Shown here piece by piece: positions 52,550-60,701 of a stretch of DNA of 64,000 nt (position 1 is its first letter; every line of letters starts with the position of its first letter). The notes beneath the pieces were generated by a model that was not told where the DNA came from, did not search any database, and saw only the letters and a list, made by a program, of their open reading frames with translations. Origin of the DNA: Elusimicrobiota bacterium (GTDB lineage Bacteria; Elusimicrobiota; Elusimicrobia; UBA1565; UBA9628). The stretch lies in assembly GCA_016207605.1 (NCBI GenBank), contig JACQPJ010000035.1, positions 11,345 through 75,344 on the forward strand. The letters are read 5' to 3'. The position numbers and the translations under genes were made by a program.

Positions 52550-53820
52550 GGGGCTATGCGGACCTTCCCTGTCATAAGCTGATGGAGCATCGAGGCAAAG
52601 AGAGAATTAAGCTCATTCTCTTTCGCCGTGGCGGTCAGGGTGCTCTGGTCAATCGCACTCAGAGTATCGGCCACTTTTTGCTGCTGGTTCAGAGGCAGAA
52701 GCGGGACCTTCTGGCGACGCACGTCCGTATCCGTGACCGCTGGGTAGCTAGCGCCATGCTGCACGCGTCCCAGGGCCTCGAAGAACTCAGGACGCTGGAC
52801 CGCGTAGTAAAGAAATTGTGGCAATAGCTGGTCGCGATCGGCTCGTAAAACACAGAATGCGGTAGAGCAGAATTGCCCGTCCAATTTGTGAGGGACCAGC
52901 GCAACCCGCTTCAGCGTCGGACGAACAGTCGCAACAATAACATCGCCGCTCATAATTGGCTTGCGCGCCCTGCTTGGGGCCGATTCAGGTGTATGCGCTG
53001 CCGTTGAGGTTATGCAGTAGTCCTCATTTGAGACGGCGGACACGTCTACGTACTCGAATTCTTTTTCTGGAGAAGCCATTCGGACTTTGAGGCAGATCTT
53101 GTCAAGATGGCCCCACGAATATTTTGAATCAGACTCTTGTGGGAAAACCTCGCGTAGAGTTGCGGCCTTTAGCTCTCTTAGGGCTGCTATTGTCTTGCTT
53201 TGAGTTTCAACGGCCGCCTCGACTTTCGCAAGTACCGTCGAGATAGCGCGCTGCTCATCCAGTTGAGGAAGAGGAATGGCGAATTCCTTTAGTCGCGCAG
53301 ATGAGAGATTGGGGATGGTCGTCCTGTTTGCGGCACCTTCATAGACCTTTCGATGAAGAATCACTTCTTGGAGCCAGTACATGGCAAATCGGGGCTCGAT
53401 ATGGGGGACAATTCGTCTAAGCCGATGAATATGGTTTTGATACAGACAATCGGGCAGTTCGTTGCTCCAGATCGCTGTCCGCCCAACTTCTCCGCCCTCG
53501 CAGACCAAAAGATCTCCGAGTTGAAGTTCCAGTTTTTTGGATTCCGCATCCGTGAAGTGCATGCGATCTACAGAGGAGAGGTTAATCTTGCCCCAGAGGA
53601 CATTGGAAGTTCGCAAAAACGGTCTGGGGGACGGACCACCACGACTCTCGGCTGACATAGCCTTCCCTTGTTGAACATCGAAAAGGCTGCCAAGGGAAGC
53701 GAGTCGCCAGTCACGCGGAATCTGACCGACTTCAGTCATATGAGATTGAGATCGCTCGCTATCGGTTTGCACAGCACCCTGAAGTATTTTGCGTCGGGAA
53801 GTCGATGAGGTGGTGGCCAT
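52546..53820 (-). CDS. hsdS: Type I restriction-modification specificity subunit
   Basis: Two target-recognition halves. Conserved spacer LPQLDEQRAISTVLAKVEAA and C-terminal LNSLFASMLHQLMTGKVR. Confidence 0.85.
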   Translation of the reverse strand: MATTSSTSRRKILQGAVQTDSERSQSHMTEVGQIPRDWRLASLGSLFDVQQGKAMSAESRGGPSPRPFLRTSNVLWGKINLSSVDRMHFTDAESKKLELQLGDLLVCEGGEVGRTAIWSNELPDCLYQNHIHRLRRIVPHIEPRFAMYWLQEVILHRKVYEGAANRTTIPNLSSARLKEFAIPLPQLDEQRAISTVLAKVEAAVETQSKTIAALRELKAATLREVFPQESDSKYSWGHLDKICLKVRMASPEKEFEYVDVSAVSNEDYCITSTAAHTPESAPSRARKPIMSGDVIVATVRPTLKRVALVPHKLDGQFCSTAFCVLRADRDQLLPQFLYYAVQRPEFFEALGRVQHGASYPAVTDTDVRRQKVPLLPLNQQQKVADTLSAIDQSTLTATAKENELNSLFASMLHQLMTGKVRIAP

Positions 53821-55715
53821 TAGCTGTATTCGTATCCGAGGCCCGTGAAAATCTCTTCAAGTTCCTTATCCTGACGCGAGGCTGTGCCCTTGAGCTTCGC
53901 CAGATCGGCGAGTATGTCCTGGATGTCCCTATGCTCGGTGGCACCGGTTGTCTCGATGTAGCGCGCCGGCGAGAGGTTGAAATCGTTCTTGTCCCCGATT
54001 TTCTCCGCCGGTAGGAGCTTGGCAAAGCGCTCGGCGTCCTTTCCGGTGCGGACGGCCGCCGCGATCTTGTCGATAGCAGCCTCGGTCAGGAAGTTCTTGG
54101 GCCGTCCCTTCTCGAATTCGGCCCCGGCATTGATCATCAGCACCTTGCTCATTCGCTCCTTGGGCTTGGCGTTGTTGAGGACGACGATGATGCCAGCGGC
54201 CGTGGTGTTGTAGAAGAGGTTGTCGGGAAGCAGAATCACCGCCTCGACGAGATCCTTCTGGATGAACCACTTCCGGATGGCCTTCTCCTTGTTGTCGCCC
54301 TGGCTGCCGCTGCCGCGGCTGGCGGCGCCAGTGTCGAGGACGATGGCTGCGCGGCCCGTATCCTTGAGGGAGGCATGGATGTGTTGGAGCCAGGCCCAGT
54401 CGGCGCTTTGCCGGGGGGCGAAGCCTCCTCGGCCAGAGAAGCGGTCCAGGGGGTCTTTCTCGTAAGTCTCTTCCGGGGAGAAATTATCTTGGTTCCACAT
54501 GGGGTTGGTAACCACAATGTCGAAGCGCTTGAGACGGCCGCCCTCCCGGAACTTCGGGTTCGTCATGGTGTTGCCGCGGACGATCTCGCCCTCCATGTCG
54601 TGGATGACCATGTTCATCCGGGCGATGGCGAAGCTGGCTCCCGTCAGTTCCTGGCCGTAGAGCTTAAGGGGCTTGGCTACGCGCCCCTCGCGCTCGGCGA
54701 GATCCAGCTCGCACTTGACCAGGAGGCCGCCGGAGCCGCAGCAGGGATCGTAGGCTTCCTCGCCCTGCTTGGGGCGAAGAATCTTGGCGATCAGGCGGCC
54801 GACTTCGCGCGGCGTGAAAAACTCGCCGGCGCTCTGGCCCTGGCCCTCGGCGAACTTGCGCAGGAGGTACTCGTAGGCGCGGCCGAGAAAGTCCGGCTCC
54901 ACGTCGTTGAGGCCCAGGCGATGCTTACTCAAGATCTCGATGAGGCGGGCCAGGGCGTTGTCGCTCAGCTCTCGCTCGCCGTTGCGCGTCTCGTTGTAGT
55001 CCACGATATCGATGACGCCTTGGAGCGACTCGTTGGCTTTGGCCACGGCGCGGATAGCGCTGGTCACCTGCTCACCGAGCGTCTTGGGGGCGCGGCCGCC
55101 GGGCCAGGTGTGCTTCTTTCTTCCACTTATAACGGGCCAGCGGGCCTCGGCGGGGATGTAGAAGCGTACCAGGCTGTGGTCGGCCTCCACGTTCTCGAGC
55201 GCCATGACCTCGTTGCCGAAGGTCTTGATGAGGCGGGTGATCTCGTCCTCGAACACGTCGGAAAGGCGTTTGACAAAAATGAGCGGGAGGATGTAGTCCT
55301 TGAACTTCGGAGCGTCCTTCTCGCCGCGGATGGAGCAGGCGGCTTGCCAGAGCAGCGCCTCCATTGATTTGAGGTCGAGCATGGCGATGGGGCGGCGGAG
55401 ATGAAGGGGTTCATCGGAGGCGGTTTCTTCGTCCGGCTCCTCCAAAGTCATGGGTGGGCGGCGGACGGAAATCGGCTCGTCGCCAGGCTCGGCCTCCGGG
55501 AAGAAATCAGCTATAATGTCAGCGCACTCGTTCCGCTTGCTGAGCACGAAGTGGCGGATCAGGTTGAGCACGGCGGTCGTGGGCTTCGTCTTGCCGTTCT
55601 CCCAGCGGTTGATCGTCGGGTAGGACACGTGAAGTTCTCGGGCGAGATCGGCTTGGCGCAGTTCCAGGCGGTCTCGGATGGCCTTGAGCAGCTTGGGGAG
55701 TTCTTTTTTATTCAT
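53820..55715 (-). CDS. hsdM: Type I R-M N6-adenine methyltransferase subunit with N-terminal XRE-type HTH
   Basis: HTH: LRQADLARELHVSYPTINRWENGKTKP. HsdM_N: LLWQAACSIRG. Motif I: DPCCGSGGLLV. Motif IV: VVTNPMWN. Confidence 0.9.
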   Translation of the reverse strand: MNKKELPKLLKAIRDRLELRQADLARELHVSYPTINRWENGKTKPTTAVLNLIRHFVLSKRNECADIIADFFPEAEPGDEPISVRRPPMTLEEPDEETASDEPLHLRRPIAMLDLKSMEALLWQAACSIRGEKDAPKFKDYILPLIFVKRLSDVFEDEITRLIKTFGNEVMALENVEADHSLVRFYIPAEARWPVISGRKKHTWPGGRAPKTLGEQVTSAIRAVAKANESLQGVIDIVDYNETRNGERELSDNALARLIEILSKHRLGLNDVEPDFLGRAYEYLLRKFAEGQGQSAGEFFTPREVGRLIAKILRPKQGEEAYDPCCGSGGLLVKCELDLAEREGRVAKPLKLYGQELTGASFAIARMNMVIHDMEGEIVRGNTMTNPKFREGGRLKRFDIVVTNPMWNQDNFSPEETYEKDPLDRFSGRGGFAPRQSADWAWLQHIHASLKDTGRAAIVLDTGAASRGSGSQGDNKEKAIRKWFIQKDLVEAVILLPDNLFYNTTAAGIIVVLNNAKPKERMSKVLMINAGAEFEKGRPKNFLTEAAIDKIAAAVRTGKDAERFAKLLPAEKIGDKNDFNLSPARYIETTGATEHRDIQDILADLAKLKGTASRQDKELEEIFTGLGYEYS

Positions 55716-55811
55716 GTATCAGGTGATAGTCTAACTGATACTTTTTGATCAGTCAAGGCCCATGGCGCCTTTTGTCAAGGCGCCTTTCGGCCGCGCCTTC
55801 ACTCGAATCCT

Positions 55812-57161
55812 ATGGGCAATGTCCTGCGTCTGGAGCCTCGCGCCAAACCTTTGCCGCCCCGGCAAGGAGACCCGGCGATGGAGCGCGCCCTCCTGGGTTT
55901 CTTCGGCGCAGCCTTGAGCCTCCTCCAGAGGGAGAAATCCCAGGCTGAGTCAATCGAAGGCAGGAACCTCCATATCCCGACCTTCGAGATCACCGATGAA
56001 CCCGGCCGGTTCGGGGTCAACACGAGCACCAAGATCGAGCTAGTTGCCGACTGGACCTGGTTCGTCCTGCGCCGCTACGAAAAACTGCGCGAGCTGACGG
56101 AGCTGAAGACCGGGCTCGGCGCGCTCTCCAAGCATGTCGAGGTCGAGAAGTTCTACGGCTGCGACCAGTCTTACTTTTTCCACCCTGTCATCGAGTTGAT
56201 CGAGACGAGCAAGGGCTTGGATGTCCCGATTGAGATGCAGACGGCGGCAGCCAAGAGCCTGGCCGAGCAGATCGTGGATGGCCGCTACCAGGTCGAGACG
56301 ACCTCCGTGCTCATGGGGTTTCAGAGCGCCGTCAGTCCGATTCTATTCGGCGACTTCGAAATCCGAAACTACACGCAGGAGGAGTGCCGGGCGCTTTGGG
56401 AGGCCGATGGGAAGTCGGCCGAAGACGGCAACTCGCTTAACCCCAGCGACTTCGTGGTTAAGGTCTTTGGCATCGCGGACTCCAAGAAGCACGGCAAAGA
56501 ATATTGGGAGTTCCTGCGCCAGATTCAAAAAGTGGTCTTTTGTCTGCGCCTATTCAAACCGGGCCGTCTTCAAATCGACAATCGGCCCTCGATGGGCAAG
56601 CTCGGCTGGGCCTACGGCATGCCGGCGACGCAGCGCCTTCGCTCGCCTTGGCCCAAGGGCAAGACATACCGCCTCTCCGCCGAGGAGATCGAGGACTTCA
56701 AAGATCTTTGGGCGCGTCATGCCAGTGCTTTTGATTCCAAGGATCGGCGCCTGAGTCTGGCCATCAAGCGCTTCAATGGCTACTACGACCGTGAAACACC
56801 CGAAGACGGCATTATCGACACTTTTATCGGGTTCGAGGCGCTGCTCACCGAAAACAACCATGAGATCACCTACAAGCTGAGCCTGCGAGCCGCGAACCTC
56901 ATCGGCGAATCGGCTCAGGAACGTGAAACTATCTTCAACGACATCAAGGCAGGCTACAAGCTGCGCAGCCTGATCGTTCACGGCGACGAACTCAAGAAGC
57001 AGTTCGATCTGCCCTCAAGGCAGGCTAAGGTAAACCTCAAAGACTTCGGCGAGGCGATGAGCCGCTATCTGGCCAAGGCTATCCTGCGCGTCAGCGCCTT
57101 GGGGCTGGCTAAGCCCGAAACTGAACTCCTGCCCTACCTAGACAAGCTTGCGCTGAAATAG
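55812..57161 (+). CDS. ApeA-like HEPN-domain protein (putative abortive-infection RNase)
   Basis: 449 aa. C-terminal helical domain IIDTFIGFEALLTE...KLSLRAANLIG...IKAGYKLRSLIVHGDE carries the Rx4H HEPN motif in an Apea-type context. Divergent from hsdM. Confidence 0.55.
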   Translation: MGNVLRLEPRAKPLPPRQGDPAMERALLGFFGAALSLLQREKSQAESIEGRNLHIPTFEITDEPGRFGVNTSTKIELVADWTWFVLRRYEKLRELTELKTGLGALSKHVEVEKFYGCDQSYFFHPVIELIETSKGLDVPIEMQTAAAKSLAEQIVDGRYQVETTSVLMGFQSAVSPILFGDFEIRNYTQEECRALWEADGKSAEDGNSLNPSDFVVKVFGIADSKKHGKEYWEFLRQIQKVVFCLRLFKPGRLQIDNRPSMGKLGWAYGMPATQRLRSPWPKGKTYRLSAEEIEDFKDLWARHASAFDSKDRRLSLAIKRFNGYYDRETPEDGIIDTFIGFEALLTENNHEITYKLSLRAANLIGESAQERETIFNDIKAGYKLRSLIVHGDELKKQFDLPSRQAKVNLKDFGEAMSRYLAKAILRVSALGLAKPETELLPYLDKLALK

Positions 57162-57164
57162 TCC

Positions 57165-58133
57165 TCAGCGCACGAGTATGCGGCGCCTCCCGCCTGGCAC
57201 GAGACCAAGACGGTCCATCGGACTGAACTTCTGATGGAGCAACGCCACGTCACGGTTCGCCAGCCCGACATAGACCTTCACCATGTCGAGCGTCGAATGC
57301 CCGAGGATTTGCTGTAGGCTGAACGCGTCGCCGCCGTTCAGGATGTACTGAGTCGCGAAGGTGTGGCGCAGGGTGTGCGGCGAGACGCGGACGCCTTGGA
57401 TGCCGGCCTGCTGGCCGATGCGGCGAAACTCCTTGCCGAACAGGTAGCGGCAACCGCGGCCGCCGTAGCGGCTCACGAAGAACAGGTCCTGGCCGGGGAC
57501 GTCGCCGCGGCGGGCCGCGTAGTTCCAGAGCACGCGCTTGGTGTTGATGCCGAAGGGGACTTGGCGTTCCTTGCCGCCTTTGCCCATGACGCGCAGGACG
57601 CCGGCGCCGAAATCGATCGCGTCCTTGCGCAAGTTGATGACCTCCGAGATGCGCAGGCCGGTGTCGAGGATCAGGACCATCACGGTCCAGAGCCGATGCT
57701 CGTCGTAGCGCTTCTGGTTGCATTGGGCGAGCAAGATGCGCACTTGGTCCATCGAGAGCGGCCGGATGAGCTTGCGCTCGACGCGGGGCTTCTCGACGAG
57801 CTGGATGGGGTTCTGGGGGATGAGGCGCTCGCGGGAGAGGAAGCTGAAAAAGCAGCGCAGGCCGCCATAGGCGCGCTCGACGGTCACGGTGCTGTTGCCG
57901 CGCTCGCGCATGGCTTCGAGGTACTGGCGCAGGAGCGTGGGCGTGACCTCTCGGACGGTCGTGACGCCGCGCTCCTCGAGGAACCGGCCGAAGAGCTTGA
58001 GCAACTGCTTGTACCAGCCGAGCGTTCCGGCGCTCAGGTTCTGCGCCTGACAGCGCAGGCGAAATGCCTCCGAGGCCGAGCCTAGCGTCACTTCGAATTG
58101 TCCGGCGGGGCGGAAGGCGAGCGTTTTTCTCAT
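57165..58133 (-). CDS. Tyrosine integrase adjacent to tRNA-Met
   Basis: TGLRISE, GKGGKERQVPF, HTLRHTFA and LGHSTLDMVKVY. Confidence 0.9.
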   Translation of the reverse strand: MRKTLAFRPAGQFEVTLGSASEAFRLRCQAQNLSAGTLGWYKQLLKLFGRFLEERGVTTVREVTPTLLRQYLEAMRERGNSTVTVERAYGGLRCFFSFLSRERLIPQNPIQLVEKPRVERKLIRPLSMDQVRILLAQCNQKRYDEHRLWTVMVLILDTGLRISEVINLRKDAIDFGAGVLRVMGKGGKERQVPFGINTKRVLWNYAARRGDVPGQDLFFVSRYGGRGCRYLFGKEFRRIGQQAGIQGVRVSPHTLRHTFATQYILNGGDAFSLQQILGHSTLDMVKVYVGLANRDVALLHQKFSPMDRLGLVPGGRRRILVR

Positions 58134-58181
58134 CGTTGGACCCTCACTAACCTTGTGGTCTGGCGAGGGTTTAGAAACAAG

Positions 58182-58209
58182 AAACCCTGGCCTTTTCGGA
58201 CCAGGGTTT
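58182..58209 (-). terminator. Intrinsic terminator downstream of tRNA-Met
   Basis: AAA-CCCTGGCC-TTTT-CGGACCAGGG-TTT on the plus strand. On the minus strand the hairpin is followed by TTTCTTGTTT. Confidence 0.6.
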
Positions 58210-58240
58210 CGTTTGTTTCTCGACGAGAAACGCCGCTAAA

Positions 58241-58317
58241 TGGTTGCGGGGGCTGGATTTGAACCAGCGACCTCAAGGTTATGAGCCTTGCGAGCTACCG
58301 GGCTGCTCTACCCCGCA
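58241..58317 (-). tRNA. tRNA-Met (anticodon CAT), CCA encoded
   Basis: Cloverleaf by hand: acceptor TGCGGGG/CCCCGCA, D arm GAGC/GCTC, anticodon stem CAAGG/CCTTG with loop CTCATAA, T arm GCTGG-TTCAAAT-CCAGC, discriminator A, CCA. It lacks the initiator 3xG-C stem. An Ile2 (lysidine) identity cannot be excluded. Confidence 0.9.
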
Positions 58318-58365
58318 GGGACAGTGTAACACAAGTGAGGAGGCAACGCAAACAAAAAGTCCGGT

Positions 58366-58872
58366 TTATCGCGCCCCGGCTTGACGAAGAAAGGCCGCGA
58401 TGCGGCGCCAGCGCGCGGCCTTGCGCGCGTACGGGATCGACGCGGCGGCCGGACTGCTCGACGGAAGCCTCTCGACGCGCACGCCTTGCGGCAGGCGCGG
58501 CGCGATGAGGCGGCGGAACAGCGCGTCGGCCTTGCCGCCGTTGAGAAAGACCGCCTTGACGCCGGAGCGCTCCAGAAGCTCGGCGACGGGGTTGGGCTTT
58601 TCGCCGCTGATCGCGGAGTCGAGGCTGCCCTCGCGGCGGCAGGACTCCAGGACGTCCCAGAGCGCGACGCCGCGGCGCTTCAGCGCGGCCAAGCGCCGCC
58701 GGTAGGGCAGCCCGTGCAGCTCCTCGTCGAGCGCGGCGCCGAGCAGTCGCCAGAACTGGTTGCGGGGGTGGGCATAGTAGCGGCGCGCGCGCAGGGAGGC
58801 CTCGCTCGGCATCGAGCCGAGCATCAAGACCCGCGGCGAGCGTCCGACCACCGGCGCGAAGGAGCGCGGCAT
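58366..58872 (-). CDS. DNA-deoxyinosine (hypoxanthine) glycosylase, UDG superfamily
   Basis: PRVLMLGSMPSEASL...YYAHPRNQFW, NGGKA and LPSSSPA. Start chosen at MPRSFAP. Confidence 0.7.
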   Translation of the reverse strand: MPRSFAPVVGRSPRVLMLGSMPSEASLRARRYYAHPRNQFWRLLGAALDEELHGLPYRRRLAALKRRGVALWDVLESCRREGSLDSAISGEKPNPVAELLERSGVKAVFLNGGKADALFRRLIAPRLPQGVRVERLPSSSPAAASIPYARKAARWRRIAAFLRQAGAR

Positions 58873-58957
58873 GCGGGGATTGTGGCGCTTCGCGGCGGGG
58901 CAGTCAAGCGGGGCGGGCGAAGTAGACGGGCGGTTGGTGATCGCGCCGGGGGGCGCT

Positions 58958-59377
58958 TCAGCTCGGGGCGTGGTCGGCGGAGAAGGCGCAGCGGGCCAGG
59001 CAGCCGCAGCTCCCGGGGCCGCCGCCATAGAGGGGCTCGGCGCAGGGGACCTCGAAGGAGCCCTCCGCGAGGGTCCTGCCCAAGGCGTCGGCGAGCTGGG
59101 GGGCGAAGTCCACGGAGCCGGAGCCGCAGCGGCCGGGGCAGTCAGCCTCGAACTGGAAGGGGTCGCCGGGCTTGAGGGTGGTTTCGGAGGACTCCAGGAC
59201 CGCGCCCTGGGGGCTGACGAAGGACAGGGTCACGCGCAGGGCGCGCACCGAGGGAAAGCGGGAGGCGAGGGTGCCGGCGGCGCTGGTTTCGGCCAGGGCC
59301 TCGCGGGCGCGCTGGACTTTTTCCTCGTTCTTGCTGGGGCCCGTTTTGCGGCGCTTCTTGCGGTAGAAACCGGCCAT
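58958..59377 (-). CDS. Hypothetical Cys-containing protein
   Basis: 139-aa ORF with a basic N-terminus. CPGRCGSG...CAEP...GSCGCLARC. No family recognised. Confidence 0.4.
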   Translation of the reverse strand: MAGFYRKKRRKTGPSKNEEKVQRAREALAETSAAGTLASRFPSVRALRVTLSFVSPQGAVLESSETTLKPGDPFQFEADCPGRCGSGSVDFAPQLADALGRTLAEGSFEVPCAEPLYGGGPGSCGCLARCAFSADHAPS

Positions 59378-59452
59378 TCAAGCCTCCTGGCCCCTTGGGG
59401 CGGTGGGAGTTTAGCATATCGCCGCGAGGCGGCCGTTCGCTATACTGGGCGC

Positions 59453-60094
59453 ATGGCGGAGTCCGTCGTGCCCGTGGTGTTCGAGGATGAGCGCGTCCTG
59501 GCCGTTTGCAAGCCCGCGGGGCGGCCGGTGATCCCGGGGCGGGGCGAGATCGGCGAGCCGGTCCGCGCCGAGCTGGAGGAGCGGCTGGGCCGGAAGCTCT
59601 TCGTGGCGCACCGCCTCGACCGCGAGGCCAGCGGGCTCCTGATCTTCGCCAAGGACGCGCAGACGCACCGGCTGCTCTGCGCGGAGTTCGAGGCCCGCCG
59701 CGCGGCCAAGGCCTATCTGGCGGCGGTCGCGGGCGTCCTGAACGGGGCGGGGGTCTGCGACCAGCCCCTGCGGGAGTTCGGCTCGGGGCGGGTGGCGCCC
59801 GATCCGCGGGGCAAGCGCGCCCGGACCCGCTGGCGGGCGGAGCGCGCCCTGCGCGGGGCGACCCTCCTGCGCGTGGAGCCGATCACCGGCCGTCGGCACC
59901 AGATCCGCGCGCACCTCTGCGCCCTGGGCCACCCCATCCTGGGCGATCCCCGCTACGGCCCGCCCCCGCGGCCGGTGGGGGGCGCGCCGCGCCTCATGCT
60001 TCACGCCCTGTCCCTGCGCGTGAAGGCGGGCGCGGTCTACGACCTGCAGGCCGCCCCGCCGGCGGACTTCATTGCCGTCCTGGCCGGGATCTAG
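59453..60094 (+). CDS. RluA-family pseudouridine synthase
   Basis: LAVCKPAG, HRLDREASGLLIFAK (catalytic Asp), GRRHQIRAH, LHA. Confidence 0.85.
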   Translation: MAESVVPVVFEDERVLAVCKPAGRPVIPGRGEIGEPVRAELEERLGRKLFVAHRLDREASGLLIFAKDAQTHRLLCAEFEARRAAKAYLAAVAGVLNGAGVCDQPLREFGSGRVAPDPRGKRARTRWRAERALRGATLLRVEPITGRRHQIRAHLCALGHPILGDPRYGPPPRPVGGAPRLMLHALSLRVKAGAVYDLQAAPPADFIAVLAGI

Positions 60095-60150
60095 ATGCTA
60101 TGAGCCTTTCCTTGACGCATCTGTGCCGAGCCCGCAGGGTCGAGGCCTAA
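60093..60150. repeat. REP-like 58-nt element, copy C, filling the gap between convergent genes
   Basis: AGATGCTATGAGCCTTTCCTTGACGCATCTGTGCCGAGCCCGCAGGGTCGAGGCCTAA. It overlaps the stop codons of both flanking genes. Confidence 0.8.
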
Positions 60151-60701
60151 AAGGGGTTGTCGGCGTCGGCCAGCAGGGGGAGGGCGGCGTCCTTGGCGGT
60201 GAGAACGGCCTCGGCGGGCCGGACGGGCCAGGGGATGGCCAGGGCGGGGTCGTTCCAGCGGATGCCGCGGTCCACGTCCGCCGACCAGACGCCGCTGACC
60301 TTGTAGGCCACGTCGGCCGTCTCGGCGAGGGCGCAGAAGCCGTGCGCGAAGCCCGGCGGGACCCAGAACATGCGGTTGCCGGCATCGTCGAGCTCCACGG
60401 CCGCGTGGCGGCCGTAGGTCGGCGAGCGGCGGCGCAGGTCCACGGCCACGTCGAAGACGCGGCCGCGGGTGCAGCGCACGAGCTTGCCCACGGGCCGGGG
60501 GGGGACCTGGTAATGGAGGCCGCGCACCACGCCCCTGCGGGAGCGCGAGAAGTTGTCCTGGACCAGGCGGGGCAGGCCGGCCTTCTCCCACTCGTCGGCG
60601 CGGAAGGACTCGAAGAAGAAGCCGCGGTCGTCGGCGAAGAAAGGGCCCTCGACCAGGAGGAGGCCGTCGAGGCCCCCGTAGGGAGTCAGCGTGAGGGCCA
60701 T
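60147..60701 (-). CDS. rmlC: dTDP-4-dehydrorhamnose 3,5-epimerase-like cupin
   Basis: FADDRGFFFESF, RGLHYQ, KLVRCTRGRVFDVAVDLR, FWVPPGFAHGF. ATGA overlap with the kamA stop. Confidence 0.8.
   Translation of the reverse strand: MALTLTPYGGLDGLLLVEGPFFADDRGFFFESFRADEWEKAGLPRLVQDNFSRSRRGVVRGLHYQVPPRPVGKLVRCTRGRVFDVAVDLRRRSPTYGRHAAVELDDAGNRMFWVPPGFAHGFCALAETADVAYKVSGVWSADVDRGIRWNDPALAIPWPVRPAEAVLTAKDAALPLLADADNPF

Larger units (their letters stand above)
40571..58286. mobile_element. Integrative (defence) island inserted in the tRNA-Met anticodon loop, about 17.7 kb
   Basis: 46-bp direct repeats at both ends with an integrase gene adjacent to the intact tRNA. Cargo: hipBA-plus operon, second integrase plus replication-relaxation gene, Type I R-M operon, HEPN gene. 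Confidence 0.7.
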
